A stretch of 52,250 bases of DNA, taken from Polyangia bacterium (GTDB taxonomy: Bacteria > Myxococcota_A > Polyangia > JAAYKL01). Where the stretch lies: the NCBI GenBank assembly GCA_050287845.1, contig JBNKCR010000019.1:1-52250 (forward strand). Direction: 5' to 3'. Of the stretch, positions 29,602-39,507 are shown piece by piece (position 1 is the first letter of the stretch; every line of letters starts with the position of its first letter). The notes under the pieces are model-generated. The model ran no database searches and was not told where the DNA came from. It saw only the letters and a list, made by a program, of their open reading frames with translations. Made by a program: the position numbers and the translations under genes.

Positions 29602-30579
29602 ATGAATTACAGGTCGATTCGAATCTTCGGAAGATGGCAGTTATTCCTGATAATGCTTTCGGTGACAATCGTGAATGTCGCAGTCGCACAGAAAACAGCG
29701 AACGCGCCTGAATCTGAATCAGCAGTGTCCGCTGTGGGAGACTCCTCCGGAATTGCCGGAGACTCACTGGAGTCTGACAATAGTGCTGCGCCAGAAGACC
29801 CTGCAGCGCAGGTTGCGTCTTCAGAAGCATCGGTACAGACGGAGTGTGTACCTCAGTGTCGCAGTGGTTTCATGTGTCACGGCGGATTGTGCGTGTCCAA
29901 ATGCAACCCCCCGTGTGCCGAAGGCCAGATGTGCACTGCGGAAGGGGAGTGTATGGCCGCGGTTGCTCCTCCACTGACGCAATCCCGGGCATCTGTGGCG
30001 CCCGCCCAACAGAATGCACGGGTGGCGCTCTATGCTGAGCGACAGCGAATTCTTGATGAGCGGTTGCAGGAGAGACTTGCCTATCGGAATAAATTGAGAT
30101 TGACTCTTTTTGGCACGCTCTTCGCGTGCGGTGCTTCCAATTACTCGATCATTGGGGGAGGCTTTCAGTTCGGGGTACGCAAGCAAGTGGCGGGGAAAGT
30201 CGCGTTTCATGGACGTGCATCCTTCTTTGTCGGCGGTACAACGGATTACGACGTTGGTCTGCAGGCGAAAAATGTGCTGTTGCCCGGCGGCGATGTGGCA
30301 GCATTGTTTGGTCCGTTCGGCCGGTTCTACTTTGGCCCGCTGTTGTGGCTGCAGGGAGAAATTATTCCGTCGAAGGAGACGGTTACCGATTCGTATGGCG
30401 ATACCTACGAGGTGAAGAATCACATCCGGGGCGGCTTCGGCGGCGAACTGGGCGTCCTCCTCGGCAAGCACGAGCACGTCGATTTGAATTTACGGCTGAA
30501 GTCCGAGTTTGATATGGCGTATTCAAATTTTGTGCAGGCGGAGTTCGGGGTCGGATTTCATTTTTTTCCGGGTGATTGA
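29602..30579 (+). CDS. Secreted protein with Cys-rich module and probable C-terminal outer-membrane beta-barrel
   Basis: Signal peptide; CVPQCRSGFMCHGGLCVSKCNPPCAEGQMC; amphipathic beta strands ending AEFGVGFHFF. Confidence 0.6.
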   Translation: MNYRSIRIFGRWQLFLIMLSVTIVNVAVAQKTANAPESESAVSAVGDSSGIAGDSLESDNSAAPEDPAAQVASSEASVQTECVPQCRSGFMCHGGLCVSKCNPPCAEGQMCTAEGECMAAVAPPLTQSRASVAPAQQNARVALYAERQRILDERLQERLAYRNKLRLTLFGTLFACGASNYSIIGGGFQFGVRKQVAGKVAFHGRASFFVGGTTDYDVGLQAKNVLLPGGDVAALFGPFGRFYFGPLLWLQGEIIPSKETVTDSYGDTYEVKNHIRGGFGGELGVLLGKHEHVDLNLRLKSEFDMAYSNFVQAEFGVGFHFFPGD

Positions 30580-30609
30580 GATGGGCTGCTGACTGTCGGT
30601 TCTGCCAGA

Positions 30610-32790
30610 TTATTGCAGACCGCGTTTTTTCAGCAACGGTTCGATGGCAGGTTCTCTGCCGCGGAATTTCACGTACAGGTCAATGGGGTTGGCGGTATTG
30701 CCCCGGCTGAGAATATTGTCTCTGAACGACGCGGCGGTGGCCGCATCAAACAGGGTGTCCTGCTCCTTGAACGCCGCGAATGCGTCGGCGTCGAGTACGT
30801 TGCTCCAGATGTAGCTGTAATAGCCACTGGAGTATCCCCCCGAGAATATGTGCGCGAAATACGTGCTTTTGTAGCGGGAAATGATTTCATCCATCAGGTG
30901 AATGTTGTGCATCGCCCGATCTTCGAATGCATTCACATCCGCATTTCCGGGATCCTCGGTGAGCGAATGCCAGTTCATGTCGAGAAAAGATGCGGCGAGA
31001 TATTCCACGGTTTCAAAACCCTGATTGAACAGCGCGGTGTTTTTCAGTTTCTGAATCAGCGCGTCCGGTATCACCTCGCCGGTTTCGTAATGAACAGCAT
31101 ACGATTTCAGAACCTCTTCTTCTTCCGCCCAGTTTTCCATGAACTGAGATGGCAGTTCCACAAAATCCCGGGGAACATTGGTGCCGGAAAGGGATGGATA
31201 GGTCACATTGGAGAGCAGTCCGTGAAGGGCATGGCCAAACTCGTGAAAAAGGGTTTCCACTTCTTCCATGCTGAGCAGTGACGGTATTTTCCCTGTGGGT
31301 GCCGGAAAGTTGAACACATTCACAACAATGGGGTGAATGAACCTGCCATCCCGGATTTCCTGACCCCGGTATTCGGTCATCCATGCTCCCTGCTGTTTTC
31401 CGGGACGGGGAAAATAATCCAGGAGCAGCATGCCGATATGCCCGCCTGCGGCATCCTTCACCTCCACCGCAACAACATCCCTGTGATACACGGGCACATC
31501 GTCTCTCTTTTCAAATGTGAGCCCATACAGCTTTGTGGCCACATCAAATGCGCCTTTCTGCACATTCTCAAGCTTGAAATACGGCCGCAATTCGCTGTCT
31601 TCCAAATCGTATTTTTCAGCGCGAAGTTTCTCGGTGTAGTAAAACCAGTCCCACGGTTCAAAGGTTGCTCCGGGGGCATCCTTTTCGAGGCCGGGTTTCA
31701 GGGCGGTCAATTCTTTTCGGGCTGCAGGCAAGGCGCCATCCCACAGGCGCTGAAGTAGCTCCTGCACTTTATCGGGAGTCTGCGCCATGTTTTCCTCAAG
31801 AACGTAGTGGGCATGGCTTTCATAGCCCAGAAGGTTCGCCCGACGGAGGCGCAGTTTCACCATCTCCAGCAGAATTGCCTTGTTGTCGTGACTGTCCCCG
31901 TGGTTCCCTCTGGTGGCATAACCGGTAAACATGGTCTGGCGATGACTCCGGTTTTTCGCATACTGCATGAACGGTATCCAGCTGGGTTTGTGCAGGGTGA
32001 ATTTCCATTTTCCATTCTTGCCCTCTGCGGCTGCCTTTTCTGCAGCGGCGCTGATCACCGCCTCCGGCAAGCCCGCAAGGTCTTCCTGTTTATCAATCAG
32101 CAGTTCGAACGTATTGTTTTCGGCCAGCAGATTGTCGCCGAACTGCACACTCAATACGGACAACCGGCCGTTGATCGCAGTGAGTTCCTGCTTGGCTGCA
32201 TCATTCAGCAGTGCGCCACCCCGTACAAAATTTTTGTAGGTGAGTTCAAGGAGCCGCTGCTGCTCGCCGGTCAGTGTGAAGGAGTCCCGGGCCTCATAGA
32301 CCTCCTTCACCTTGGCAAAAAGGGCGGGATTCATTGAAATGCTGTCCGCATGTGCAGAAAGTTTCGGTGCGACTCTTTTGGCCACTTCCTGAAGCGCATC
32401 GTTGGTGTCCGCAGATTGTTTTGCGAAAAAAACCAGCGCCACCCGCGTGAGCAACGCACCGGAAAAGTCCAGGGCGGAAATAGTGTTTTTAAAAGTCGGC
32501 GCTGCTTTGTTGTCAACGATTTGCTGGACCTCCTCCATATGACGGGACATCGCAGACTCAAATGCCGAATCGTACATGTCATCTTTAATCTGTTCAAAAG
32601 GCGGAAGACCAAACGGTGTATCAAATGGTTTCAGCAGTGGGTTTGCGGATATGTTTTCTGGCGTATTATCGCCCGGGGCGTTGCTCTGATCGCTTTGCAC
32701 TTCAGTTGTCTCCTTTGGCTGTACCGTTGCGCTGCCGCACGATAGTGACAGCAGCGTTGTTACGATAAACAGTGAGATTGGTGGTTTCAT
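30610..32790 (-). CDS. dcp: M3 family metallopeptidase (peptidyl-dipeptidase Dcp-like), lipoprotein
   Basis: Lipobox LSLSC; NPLL, PWDW.YY.EK, GAWM, FHEFGHALH, DFVELPSQFME, FAHIFSGGYSSGYYSY. Confidence 0.93.
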   Translation of the reverse strand: MKPPISLFIVTTLLSLSCGSATVQPKETTEVQSDQSNAPGDNTPENISANPLLKPFDTPFGLPPFEQIKDDMYDSAFESAMSRHMEEVQQIVDNKAAPTFKNTISALDFSGALLTRVALVFFAKQSADTNDALQEVAKRVAPKLSAHADSISMNPALFAKVKEVYEARDSFTLTGEQQRLLELTYKNFVRGGALLNDAAKQELTAINGRLSVLSVQFGDNLLAENNTFELLIDKQEDLAGLPEAVISAAAEKAAAEGKNGKWKFTLHKPSWIPFMQYAKNRSHRQTMFTGYATRGNHGDSHDNKAILLEMVKLRLRRANLLGYESHAHYVLEENMAQTPDKVQELLQRLWDGALPAARKELTALKPGLEKDAPGATFEPWDWFYYTEKLRAEKYDLEDSELRPYFKLENVQKGAFDVATKLYGLTFEKRDDVPVYHRDVVAVEVKDAAGGHIGMLLLDYFPRPGKQQGAWMTEYRGQEIRDGRFIHPIVVNVFNFPAPTGKIPSLLSMEEVETLFHEFGHALHGLLSNVTYPSLSGTNVPRDFVELPSQFMENWAEEEEVLKSYAVHYETGEVIPDALIQKLKNTALFNQGFETVEYLAASFLDMNWHSLTEDPGNADVNAFEDRAMHNIHLMDEIISRYKSTYFAHIFSGGYSSGYYSYIWSNVLDADAFAAFKEQDTLFDAATAASFRDNILSRGNTANPIDLYVKFRGREPAIEPLLKKRGLQ

Positions 32791-32990
32791 TGCAGGGCCT
32801 TCTCTCTTTTGGCTTCGTATCATCATTAATTCGCCGGGATAACATAATGCAACCGGCGCCGATTGTCATCCGGCCGATAACCGCCGTGGCGGAATACGGG
32901 TTGATTTCTGCGCGTATTGTGAACATGATGCGCAACACTTTTATCAATAAGCTGGTGCATTGGCCAGGAATGGGATGGAGAAAAGTCCAG

Positions 32991-33725
32991 ATGGGTTTCA
33001 GAAAACGGATTGCCGCAATATCCCCGGTGTTTTCGCACTTGAATCAGAGTAGATGGCGTAAACCCGTGTTTATCGGGGTGGCTGCTGCCCTGGCCGGTAG
33101 CGGTTTCGGCGTGTTTGCCAACGGCGTGATCTGGCTCGCGTCCAGGGATGTTATCTATCGAAGTGTTGACGAAGTGCCCCCAAAAGAAGTGGCGATTGTA
33201 CCCGGGGCCAGAGTGAATGAAGACGGTTCTCCGTCACCGGTGTTGGCAGATCGGCTCCACGCTGCGGAGCTGCTGTATAAGCATGGAAAAGTGAAAAAGA
33301 TCATCGTGACCGGCGACCATATGGCCAGGGAATACAATGAACCGCTGGCGATGCTCACGTATCTCCGTCAACGAGGTATACCTGCAAGTGATGTTTTCAT
33401 GGACCACGCCGGTTTCAGAACATTTGATTCCATGGTGCGGGCCAGACGGGTCTTTGGTGTCACGGATGCCATTGTTTGTACCCAGCGATTTCATCTGGGC
33501 CGGTCAATATATCTGGCCAGACAATATGGCATCGATGCCATTGGTCTGGAGAGTGATTTTCGTCGATACCGCCATCACAGTATCAATCTGGCCCGGGAAT
33601 TCATTGCGCGGACTTTCGCAGTGCTCGATGTTCATTTGCTGGGGACGGAGCCCGCACATCTGGGGCCGCCAATCCGACTCTCAGAGGACGCCGGCATCAC
33701 CCACGACCCCCGAATTCCGGATTGA
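32991..33725 (+). CDS. SanA/ElyC/YdcF (DUF218) family protein
   Basis: AIVPGA, SPVLADRL, TGD, YNEP, DHAGFRTFDS, TQRFHLGR, REFIAR; start codon uncertain. Confidence 0.88.
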   Translation: MGFRKRIAAISPVFSHLNQSRWRKPVFIGVAAALAGSGFGVFANGVIWLASRDVIYRSVDEVPPKEVAIVPGARVNEDGSPSPVLADRLHAAELLYKHGKVKKIIVTGDHMAREYNEPLAMLTYLRQRGIPASDVFMDHAGFRTFDSMVRARRVFGVTDAIVCTQRFHLGRSIYLARQYGIDAIGLESDFRRYRHHSINLAREFIARTFAVLDVHLLGTEPAHLGPPIRLSEDAGITHDPRIPD

Positions 33726-34222
33726 ACACCATATCTGTAATAACACTTTCATATCTGAAATTCTGAGTGGAAATTGGTATTACAAATATCGGATCTCCAT
33801 TCCGGCCGGGCGTGCCGGCCCAGTTTTTCGCCTCGCCATCGGGCTGGTGTTTCAATGACCGATGTGTCCGTTATTGCGAGGAGAAGTGTCTTTTTCCCCC
33901 GGGAGGTTCGATCGTCTGATTTTTGACGGGCCTCGTCAATATTCTGCGAATAGGTCGCTCATGTATCATGTCCGGTCTTATTTATATTTATTGTCGTTGG
34001 AATAGGGCCTTCTGCATATTGGGAGTTGATGGATGACCGGGACCTGATTTGAACTGACTGAAATCGTTTAAAAATTTTATTTCATTTCCGCTGGGGAATT
34101 CACCGTTGGCATTCGCGCATCGCTTCTGCAGGCCGTGCAATACAGTCATCATTCACATCGCTTACTGGTTGGCAGAGAAATTGGAAAAGATCATCGGGAG
34201 ATCATTTTTTGCGGAGAATCCG

Positions 34223-35176
34223 ATGTTCAGACTGTTCGCCCTTATCGCTGTTATTTTTACCGTATCCATCAATGCCGAGGCGTATGTGCTTCGGGAAGCC
34301 CCGGCAGGGGATTGGGTTCGGTGGTATGAGTCGGAAATTGAAATAATACTGGATCCCAGTCTCCGTGAAATCGGTCCGATGGCCCGGGTGGAATATGCGG
34401 TGGTCGAGGGGTTCCGACTCTGGCGGGCACAATCCACGCTACCGGTACGGTTTAAATTCAGACGGGCCATGTGTGCCGAATCCGGAGATGATCGGCAGAA
34501 CTGTGTAATGACCTGTTCGAAACTTGAAAACTGCAGACACTTTGGTCGAAGCAGGGGGGCAACGACCCAATTGCGATATTCCAGAAGAGGACAGATATTG
34601 GGTGCCGATATTGTGCTCAATACCCGGGATTGGCAATGGAAGCTGAAGCGGGATGGTCAGGATGGCCTGGATTTGCGGTTTGTGATTGCTCACGAAACAG
34701 GACATTTTCTTGGCATCCGGCATTCCAGAGAACCGTCCGCGCTCATGTTTGCCACCATGCTGGTGAAGGACAGCCGGCCGCTGCGATTGGCCCGGGATGA
34801 TCGCGCGGCAGTGCGGGCGCTGTACGGCGCTGTATCCAGGAGCCGTTCCGGAAGACTGTTTGGCGGTGTGTGGCAACGGGAACATCATCCCATTGTAGAA
34901 AAAGGGCTGCTCATCATTTACATGTTTCTTTCCCTCGTCAGCATGGTGCTCTACCGACGCGATACCAATCAGTCACCGGTTGTGCTTAATCTCAATTCAG
35001 CATCCGCATCCGTGCATCCGTTATTCCGCAAACCGGACGTCTGTTGGGCAACTGAAAACCCAAACATCGGTTGCTTTTTTAATTCTGTATACTTAGGTTG
35101 GCCCTCATGTACGGAATACGCGAAAAATTACTCGAACGGTTGTCTGATGTCATGCCGACATTTGAGATTGAATTGA
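34223..35176 (+). CDS. Matrixin (M10) family metalloprotease
   Basis: Signal peptide; ADIVLN; HETGHFLGIRHS (HEXXHXXGXXH); ALM Met-turn; C-terminal TM. The last ~70 aa may be read-through. Confidence 0.85.
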   Translation: MFRLFALIAVIFTVSINAEAYVLREAPAGDWVRWYESEIEIILDPSLREIGPMARVEYAVVEGFRLWRAQSTLPVRFKFRRAMCAESGDDRQNCVMTCSKLENCRHFGRSRGATTQLRYSRRGQILGADIVLNTRDWQWKLKRDGQDGLDLRFVIAHETGHFLGIRHSREPSALMFATMLVKDSRPLRLARDDRAAVRALYGAVSRSRSGRLFGGVWQREHHPIVEKGLLIIYMFLSLVSMVLYRRDTNQSPVVLNLNSASASVHPLFRKPDVCWATENPNIGCFFNSVYLGWPSCTEYAKNYSNGCLMSCRHLRLN

Positions 35177-36141
35177 AAGCGGAACTGGCCGAAAAGATTA
35201 TTGCCCTCAAGCATCAGAAGAATGCGATCATTCTCGGACACAATTACATGGAGCCGGCCCTGTATCTGTCGATTCCGGATTTCACCGGAGATTCGCTGGA
35301 ACTGTGCCGGAAAGCGGCCGCCACCCGGAAAGATATAATTGTGTTTTGTGGGGTTCGTTTTATGGCGGAAACAGCCAAAATGCTGAACCCGGAAAAAAAG
35401 GTGCTGATACCCAGTCCCAAAGCCGGGTGCTCTCTGGCAGAAAGTATTACCGCCGAGGATGTTCGACAGCTGAAAAAACGGTACCCCGGTGTGCCGGTGG
35501 TGACGTACATCAACACCTACGCGGATGTGAAGGCCGAATGCGATATCTGCTGCACCAGCGGCAACGCGGTCCGCGTGGTACAGTCTCTGGGAGACCAGCC
35601 GGTGATTTTTCTGCCGGACGAGTTTCTGGCATCGAATGTGGCAAAGGAAACCGGAAAACAGATTATTTTTCCAACCAAATCTCCGCGCGGCCAGCTTGCG
35701 ATGAATCCGGCGTTGAATTATCAGGTGGTTGGATGGCAGGGGCGTTGCGAGGTCCATGAACAGTTCACTGTGGAGGATATTGACAGCGTGCGCGCTCAGT
35801 TTCCGGATGTGGTGATTATCGCTCATCCCGAGTGCAGTCCAGAGGTGGTGTCAGCCTCGGATTTTTCCGGGAGCACCTCCGAGATGCTTGCCTATGTGCG
35901 TGATGTGGATGCCCCCCGCTACTTGCTGCTCACCGAATGCAGTATGGGTGACAATATTGCAGCCGAGAATCCCCGGAAGGAAATGGTCAGGCTGTGCAGT
36001 ATCCGGTGCCCCCATATGAATGAAATCACCCTTGAGGACACCCTGACTGCCCTGGAAAAAGAACAATACGAAGTGACGTTGGATGAAGATATTCGGCTTC
36101 GTGCGCTGGCATCGGTGGAACGGATGCTGGCAATTGGATAA
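35107..36141 (+). CDS. nadA: Quinolinate synthase
   Basis: ILGHNY, GDSL, FCGVRFMAET, AGCSLA, YINT, CCTSGNA, CEVH, HPEC, GSTS, CPHMN. Confidence 0.96.
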   Translation: MYGIREKLLERLSDVMPTFEIELKAELAEKIIALKHQKNAIILGHNYMEPALYLSIPDFTGDSLELCRKAAATRKDIIVFCGVRFMAETAKMLNPEKKVLIPSPKAGCSLAESITAEDVRQLKKRYPGVPVVTYINTYADVKAECDICCTSGNAVRVVQSLGDQPVIFLPDEFLASNVAKETGKQIIFPTKSPRGQLAMNPALNYQVVGWQGRCEVHEQFTVEDIDSVRAQFPDVVIIAHPECSPEVVSASDFSGSTSEMLAYVRDVDAPRYLLLTECSMGDNIAAENPRKEMVRLCSIRCPHMNEITLEDTLTALEKEQYEVTLDEDIRLRALASVERMLAIG

Positions 36142-36154
36142 ACGGAGTAATGAG

Positions 36155-36703
36155 ATGACCATACCAGTTGTGTTCGCTCACGGATTGAGCGGTTCCCCCA
36201 ACGGAAACAAGGCATTGCTGCTGAAAAAGCATTTCAATGTCACCGCACCGTCGCTTCAGACGTTGGAGCTTCCGGCGCAGGTGCAGGCCCTGTGTGAGGC
36301 AATGGCATCGGATGCAAAGAGCATTCTGATTGGATCGAGTCTTGGTGCCCTTGCTTCCCTGGGCGCAGCGCAACAGACACCGGAGCGAATCGGGTTTCTT
36401 ATATTGCTGGCACCGGCGTTTGACCTCGAAAACCATCGCGACACCTTTGCCGAAGCCCTGTTGGTCCGTCCCGGGTTGATGACTGATGCGCCGCGGTATG
36501 CATCTCTGTTGCCACCAGTCGGCATGCCCTGTCATGTGGTGCAGGGCATGGAAGATGATCTGTTTACCATCGATAAATCCGTTTCTTTCACCCGAAATGT
36601 GCCCACCGCATCCCTCACCCTGGTTCACGCCAACCACCAACTCGACCCATGGGTGGAAAACCTGGTGCCCCTTGTAGAATGGGCAATGGGACAGGTGCGC
36701 TGA
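36155..36703 (+). CDS. YqiA/YcfP-like alpha/beta hydrolase
   Basis: HGLSGSP, GSSLG nucleophile elbow, LAPAF, GMEDD, ANH. Confidence 0.85.
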   Translation: MTIPVVFAHGLSGSPNGNKALLLKKHFNVTAPSLQTLELPAQVQALCEAMASDAKSILIGSSLGALASLGAAQQTPERIGFLILLAPAFDLENHRDTFAEALLVRPGLMTDAPRYASLLPPVGMPCHVVQGMEDDLFTIDKSVSFTRNVPTASLTLVHANHQLDPWVENLVPLVEWAMGQVR

Positions 36704-36738
36704 CGGAGGTTTCATGGAACGATGGGTTCGCGATGTTG

Positions 36739-38319
36739 CTACAGTGATGGATCGATGACCTGGCCGGCGAAAAGGATGGCGCCGGTTTCGGTGTCTCTGA
36801 TGAAAAAGAGAAACGGGTGATCTGCTGTGAAGGGAATCGGGTCGGACCAGGTACTCACAATCACAGCGGTGGCCGCAGCGGCTTCAGTGCCGTACTCATC
36901 CACACCAATAAACGCTTTGTGGAGAACATCAGAAATAAACAGTGGTTCGGTGGTGCTGATTCCGGAAAAGTTCGCCGTGTTTTTGTCGAATGCGTCAATC
37001 ATCCCCAGGTCGGTCAGCGGCTCGGTCAATGAGGCATCCCACACAAAGTTGAATCTGGGGAGAGTCAATTCCAGTTTGATGCGCGGGTCCATGGTTGCCA
37101 GGGCGGTGTTCAGCCACTGCTCATCAATGCTTTCCCGGATGGTCGCAAACTGATCCGCTTCGGGCAGAACAATGGTCATTACCAGAGATTCGCCGTCGTA
37201 GGGGAGATCGACAATCTGGTATCCTGCCTGACTGTCATAGGTGAAATTGTCAGTCAGATGCATCAATGGCACCGATACATCTGTTCCGGACGGCAATGCA
37301 AAGTTGCCATTCGCGGTTTCGCTGACCTTGAACGATTTATGCCAGCTTCCGTAAAAATGGAGCGCATTTGTCAATACCAACCGGGTATCTGCCGTAAGTG
37401 CGCCTGCGGGGACAAGATTTGTCAGCTTCTGCATGGTATTCCCGGCTGCCCAGTCATTGATGGTGAGACGTGTGGATTCAGTTTCAGTGATGAAGTCGAC
37501 CAGGTTCATGCCACTGTCATAGTGGACAGCCAATATGTCGAGGAATGCACTCTCCATCGTCAGCGTATGCTGGGCCCAGATGGCATTGATCAAAGAGAGC
37601 TGTACACTTTTCTCCCCGCCGCTTTCCGCCGGATGTGGTGCGATATTGCGCGACCGCATCTCTGTCATCAGTCTGTTTCCAGCAGCGTGAAACAATGCCG
37701 CCTCAAGGGTGTTGTGCAGAACCAGGGCCATTTCATCCGCTGTATTGTTTCGCGCGCCGGGGAGGGTCATCCCCAGGGCCATGGCGATACTGAGTGGAGA
37801 GTAAACGACATTGACGTCATGGCTGACAAACCCACGGAACAGATCCAGACCAAACGCGTTCATGTTGGTGACAAACGATTGATATGTGACATCATCCACG
37901 TCGGGCTGCGCATTGTAGGGCAGGTCCGATCTGGCAACAGTGTACCCGGCTGTTGAACCGATATCGGTGTCCGCTGATGTTTCTGTTTCTGAATCGGGGA
38001 TGGTATCCGAATTATTCGCCGTTTCTGAATCGGTGGATTCGATGGCGTCAGTGTCGGTGCCGGTGGCGGTGTCGGGTATTGAATCCGAGGTCAGTTCTGC
38101 AGCGGTGTTCGTGTCAGGGCTGGCAACGGAATCGCTGCCTGAGTCGGAGCGTACACCTGAGTCTGTCCCGGAGCTTGAATCCGAGTCCGTTCGCACCTCT
38201 GTGCCGGTGTTATCCGACGCCGTGCCGGCATCATTGTCATTCCCGTCCAGGCAAGCTGTGATGAGGCCCATGGAAAGGGCTATCCACAGCAGATAGAATA
38301 CACATTTTCGGCATAACAT
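36739..38319 (-). CDS. Serpin lipoprotein with D/S/T-rich linker
   Basis: Lipobox LITAC; NVVYSPLSI, NALHFYGSW, LPY, LPRF, HKAFIGVDEYGTEAAAAT hinge, ADHPFLFFIRD. Confidence 0.95.
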   Translation of the reverse strand: MLCRKCVFYLLWIALSMGLITACLDGNDNDAGTASDNTGTEVRTDSDSSSGTDSGVRSDSGSDSVASPDTNTAAELTSDSIPDTATGTDTDAIESTDSETANNSDTIPDSETETSADTDIGSTAGYTVARSDLPYNAQPDVDDVTYQSFVTNMNAFGLDLFRGFVSHDVNVVYSPLSIAMALGMTLPGARNNTADEMALVLHNTLEAALFHAAGNRLMTEMRSRNIAPHPAESGGEKSVQLSLINAIWAQHTLTMESAFLDILAVHYDSGMNLVDFITETESTRLTINDWAAGNTMQKLTNLVPAGALTADTRLVLTNALHFYGSWHKSFKVSETANGNFALPSGTDVSVPLMHLTDNFTYDSQAGYQIVDLPYDGESLVMTIVLPEADQFATIRESIDEQWLNTALATMDPRIKLELTLPRFNFVWDASLTEPLTDLGMIDAFDKNTANFSGISTTEPLFISDVLHKAFIGVDEYGTEAAAATAVIVSTWSDPIPFTADHPFLFFIRDTETGAILFAGQVIDPSL

Positions 38320-38415
38320 TTCCTCACCCCTTATTTTAAAAATTTCGTTTATTCGATTATATGCGAATTGCGAGAATGGGGTTCACAATTAATTGCAGTG
38401 ATCTGAGATTTCGGA

Positions 38416-38649
38416 TCATTTCACCCATGGGGAAATCACCACTTTCCCCACGCCGCCGTCCATTATGTGTGAAAATGCTTCAGCCGTTTGCGTCAGCGGA
38501 AACAGACGACTGATGACCGGTGATACTTTCTGGGAACGATGCAGCTCAATCATATGAAGTAAATCGGTTTCATTCTGTCGATGCGCCAGTAGATCCTCCA
38601 ATATCAGAGAACCTGGGGGGCCATATCGATACTGGAAAATTGTTTTCAT
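38416..38649 (-). pseudogene. Internally deleted MDR-family (NADP-dependent/zinc-binding) oxidoreductase remnant
   Basis: MKTIFQYRYGPPGSLILED (MDR N-terminus) joined directly to ...KVSPVISRLFPLTQTAEAFSHIMDGGVGKVVI (MDR C-terminus) in 77 aa; ATGA overlap with the upstream gene. Confidence 0.7.
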
Positions 38650-39272
38650 CTCGTGCAGAGACGGGATTGAATGTCGGTAATGGGAGGGCTGAGTCTGGCG
38701 TGCAGCGGGATGCAGCAAATCCAGTTGGCGGAATGTTCGAGGGGTTCGTGAACGTATTTCCCCTTGTGAAAATCAAAGAGTATAATTTCGCCGTGGAGTG
38801 AATTTTTTGCGGCGCGTCTTCTCATCATTCTGATGGGGAGAGAGTGCCAGTAATTGAATGCATTTCGCAGATTGTCGAATTCATATACCCCCATGAATTC
38901 AGACGTGTTCATTTTCTGAAACCAGGTTTTCGATACGAATCCCGGTTGCGAAACAATCAGCGGCACGGGAATCCATGACAACAGGCGATTCAGCCACATG
39001 GGCAGGTTTCGAAACCGGAAACATACCTCCAGCAATACTGGCGCCAAATCGCAGTTGTCCTGAGTATCGCGGATGACGATTTTGCGGAACGGCACAAACG
39101 ATTCCCCTGAATCGGATGTGCTCAGGCCGGTGGGCGTCGGTTCAACCGATAACTTCCCTTTCAGGCGAAGCGTCAATGCGCACAGACACAGTGCCATCGG
39201 GGTCAGACTTCTTTTCGTGGGTTGATTGAGTCGTTTTTTCTGTTGGTTGCATTTTAACATGGGCATCTCCAT
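38646..39272 (-). CDS. YdhR-like (dimeric alpha-beta barrel, putative monooxygenase) protein
   Basis: PLIVSQPGFVSKTW...EFMGVYEF...AFNY resembles the YdhR PGF.WK.W...GG.Y.F pattern; RBS gaggggag before 39272. Confidence 0.55.
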   Translation of the reverse strand: MEMPMLKCNQQKKRLNQPTKRSLTPMALCLCALTLRLKGKLSVEPTPTGLSTSDSGESFVPFRKIVIRDTQDNCDLAPVLLEVCFRFRNLPMWLNRLLSWIPVPLIVSQPGFVSKTWFQKMNTSEFMGVYEFDNLRNAFNYWHSLPIRMMRRRAAKNSLHGEIILFDFHKGKYVHEPLEHSANWICCIPLHARLSPPITDIQSRLCTR

Positions 39273-39304
39273 TTCTCCCCTCAAATGGGACACCTCAGCG
39301 TAGT

Positions 39305-39319
39305 GCGATAGTCGTGCCA
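39305..39319 (-). promoter_or_regulatory. Sigma54 -24/-12 promoter for the YdhR-like operon
   Basis: Minus strand TGGCACGACTATCGC (GG-N10-GC). Confidence 0.7.
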
Positions 39320-39507
39320 TGTGAAAACCCGCGGTTTTTGCAGCTGGTTTACAGTACTCCTTGAACTCATTGCTTCACAATGAGCCATGGGCGCCATTCT
39401 GGTATACCGGTTGAAAACCATTGGCGACATGGCGGTTGTGTTTTGCCGGATGGTGCAATAGTATTCGTTCTAATTTTTATAGATATTCAATTCCAACAGG
39501 AAAAAAA

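Noticed and set aside
39273..39320. Longer start for the YdhR-like ORF
   Set aside because: The ATG at 39320 overlaps the -24 end of the sigma54 promoter and would not be transcribed from it.
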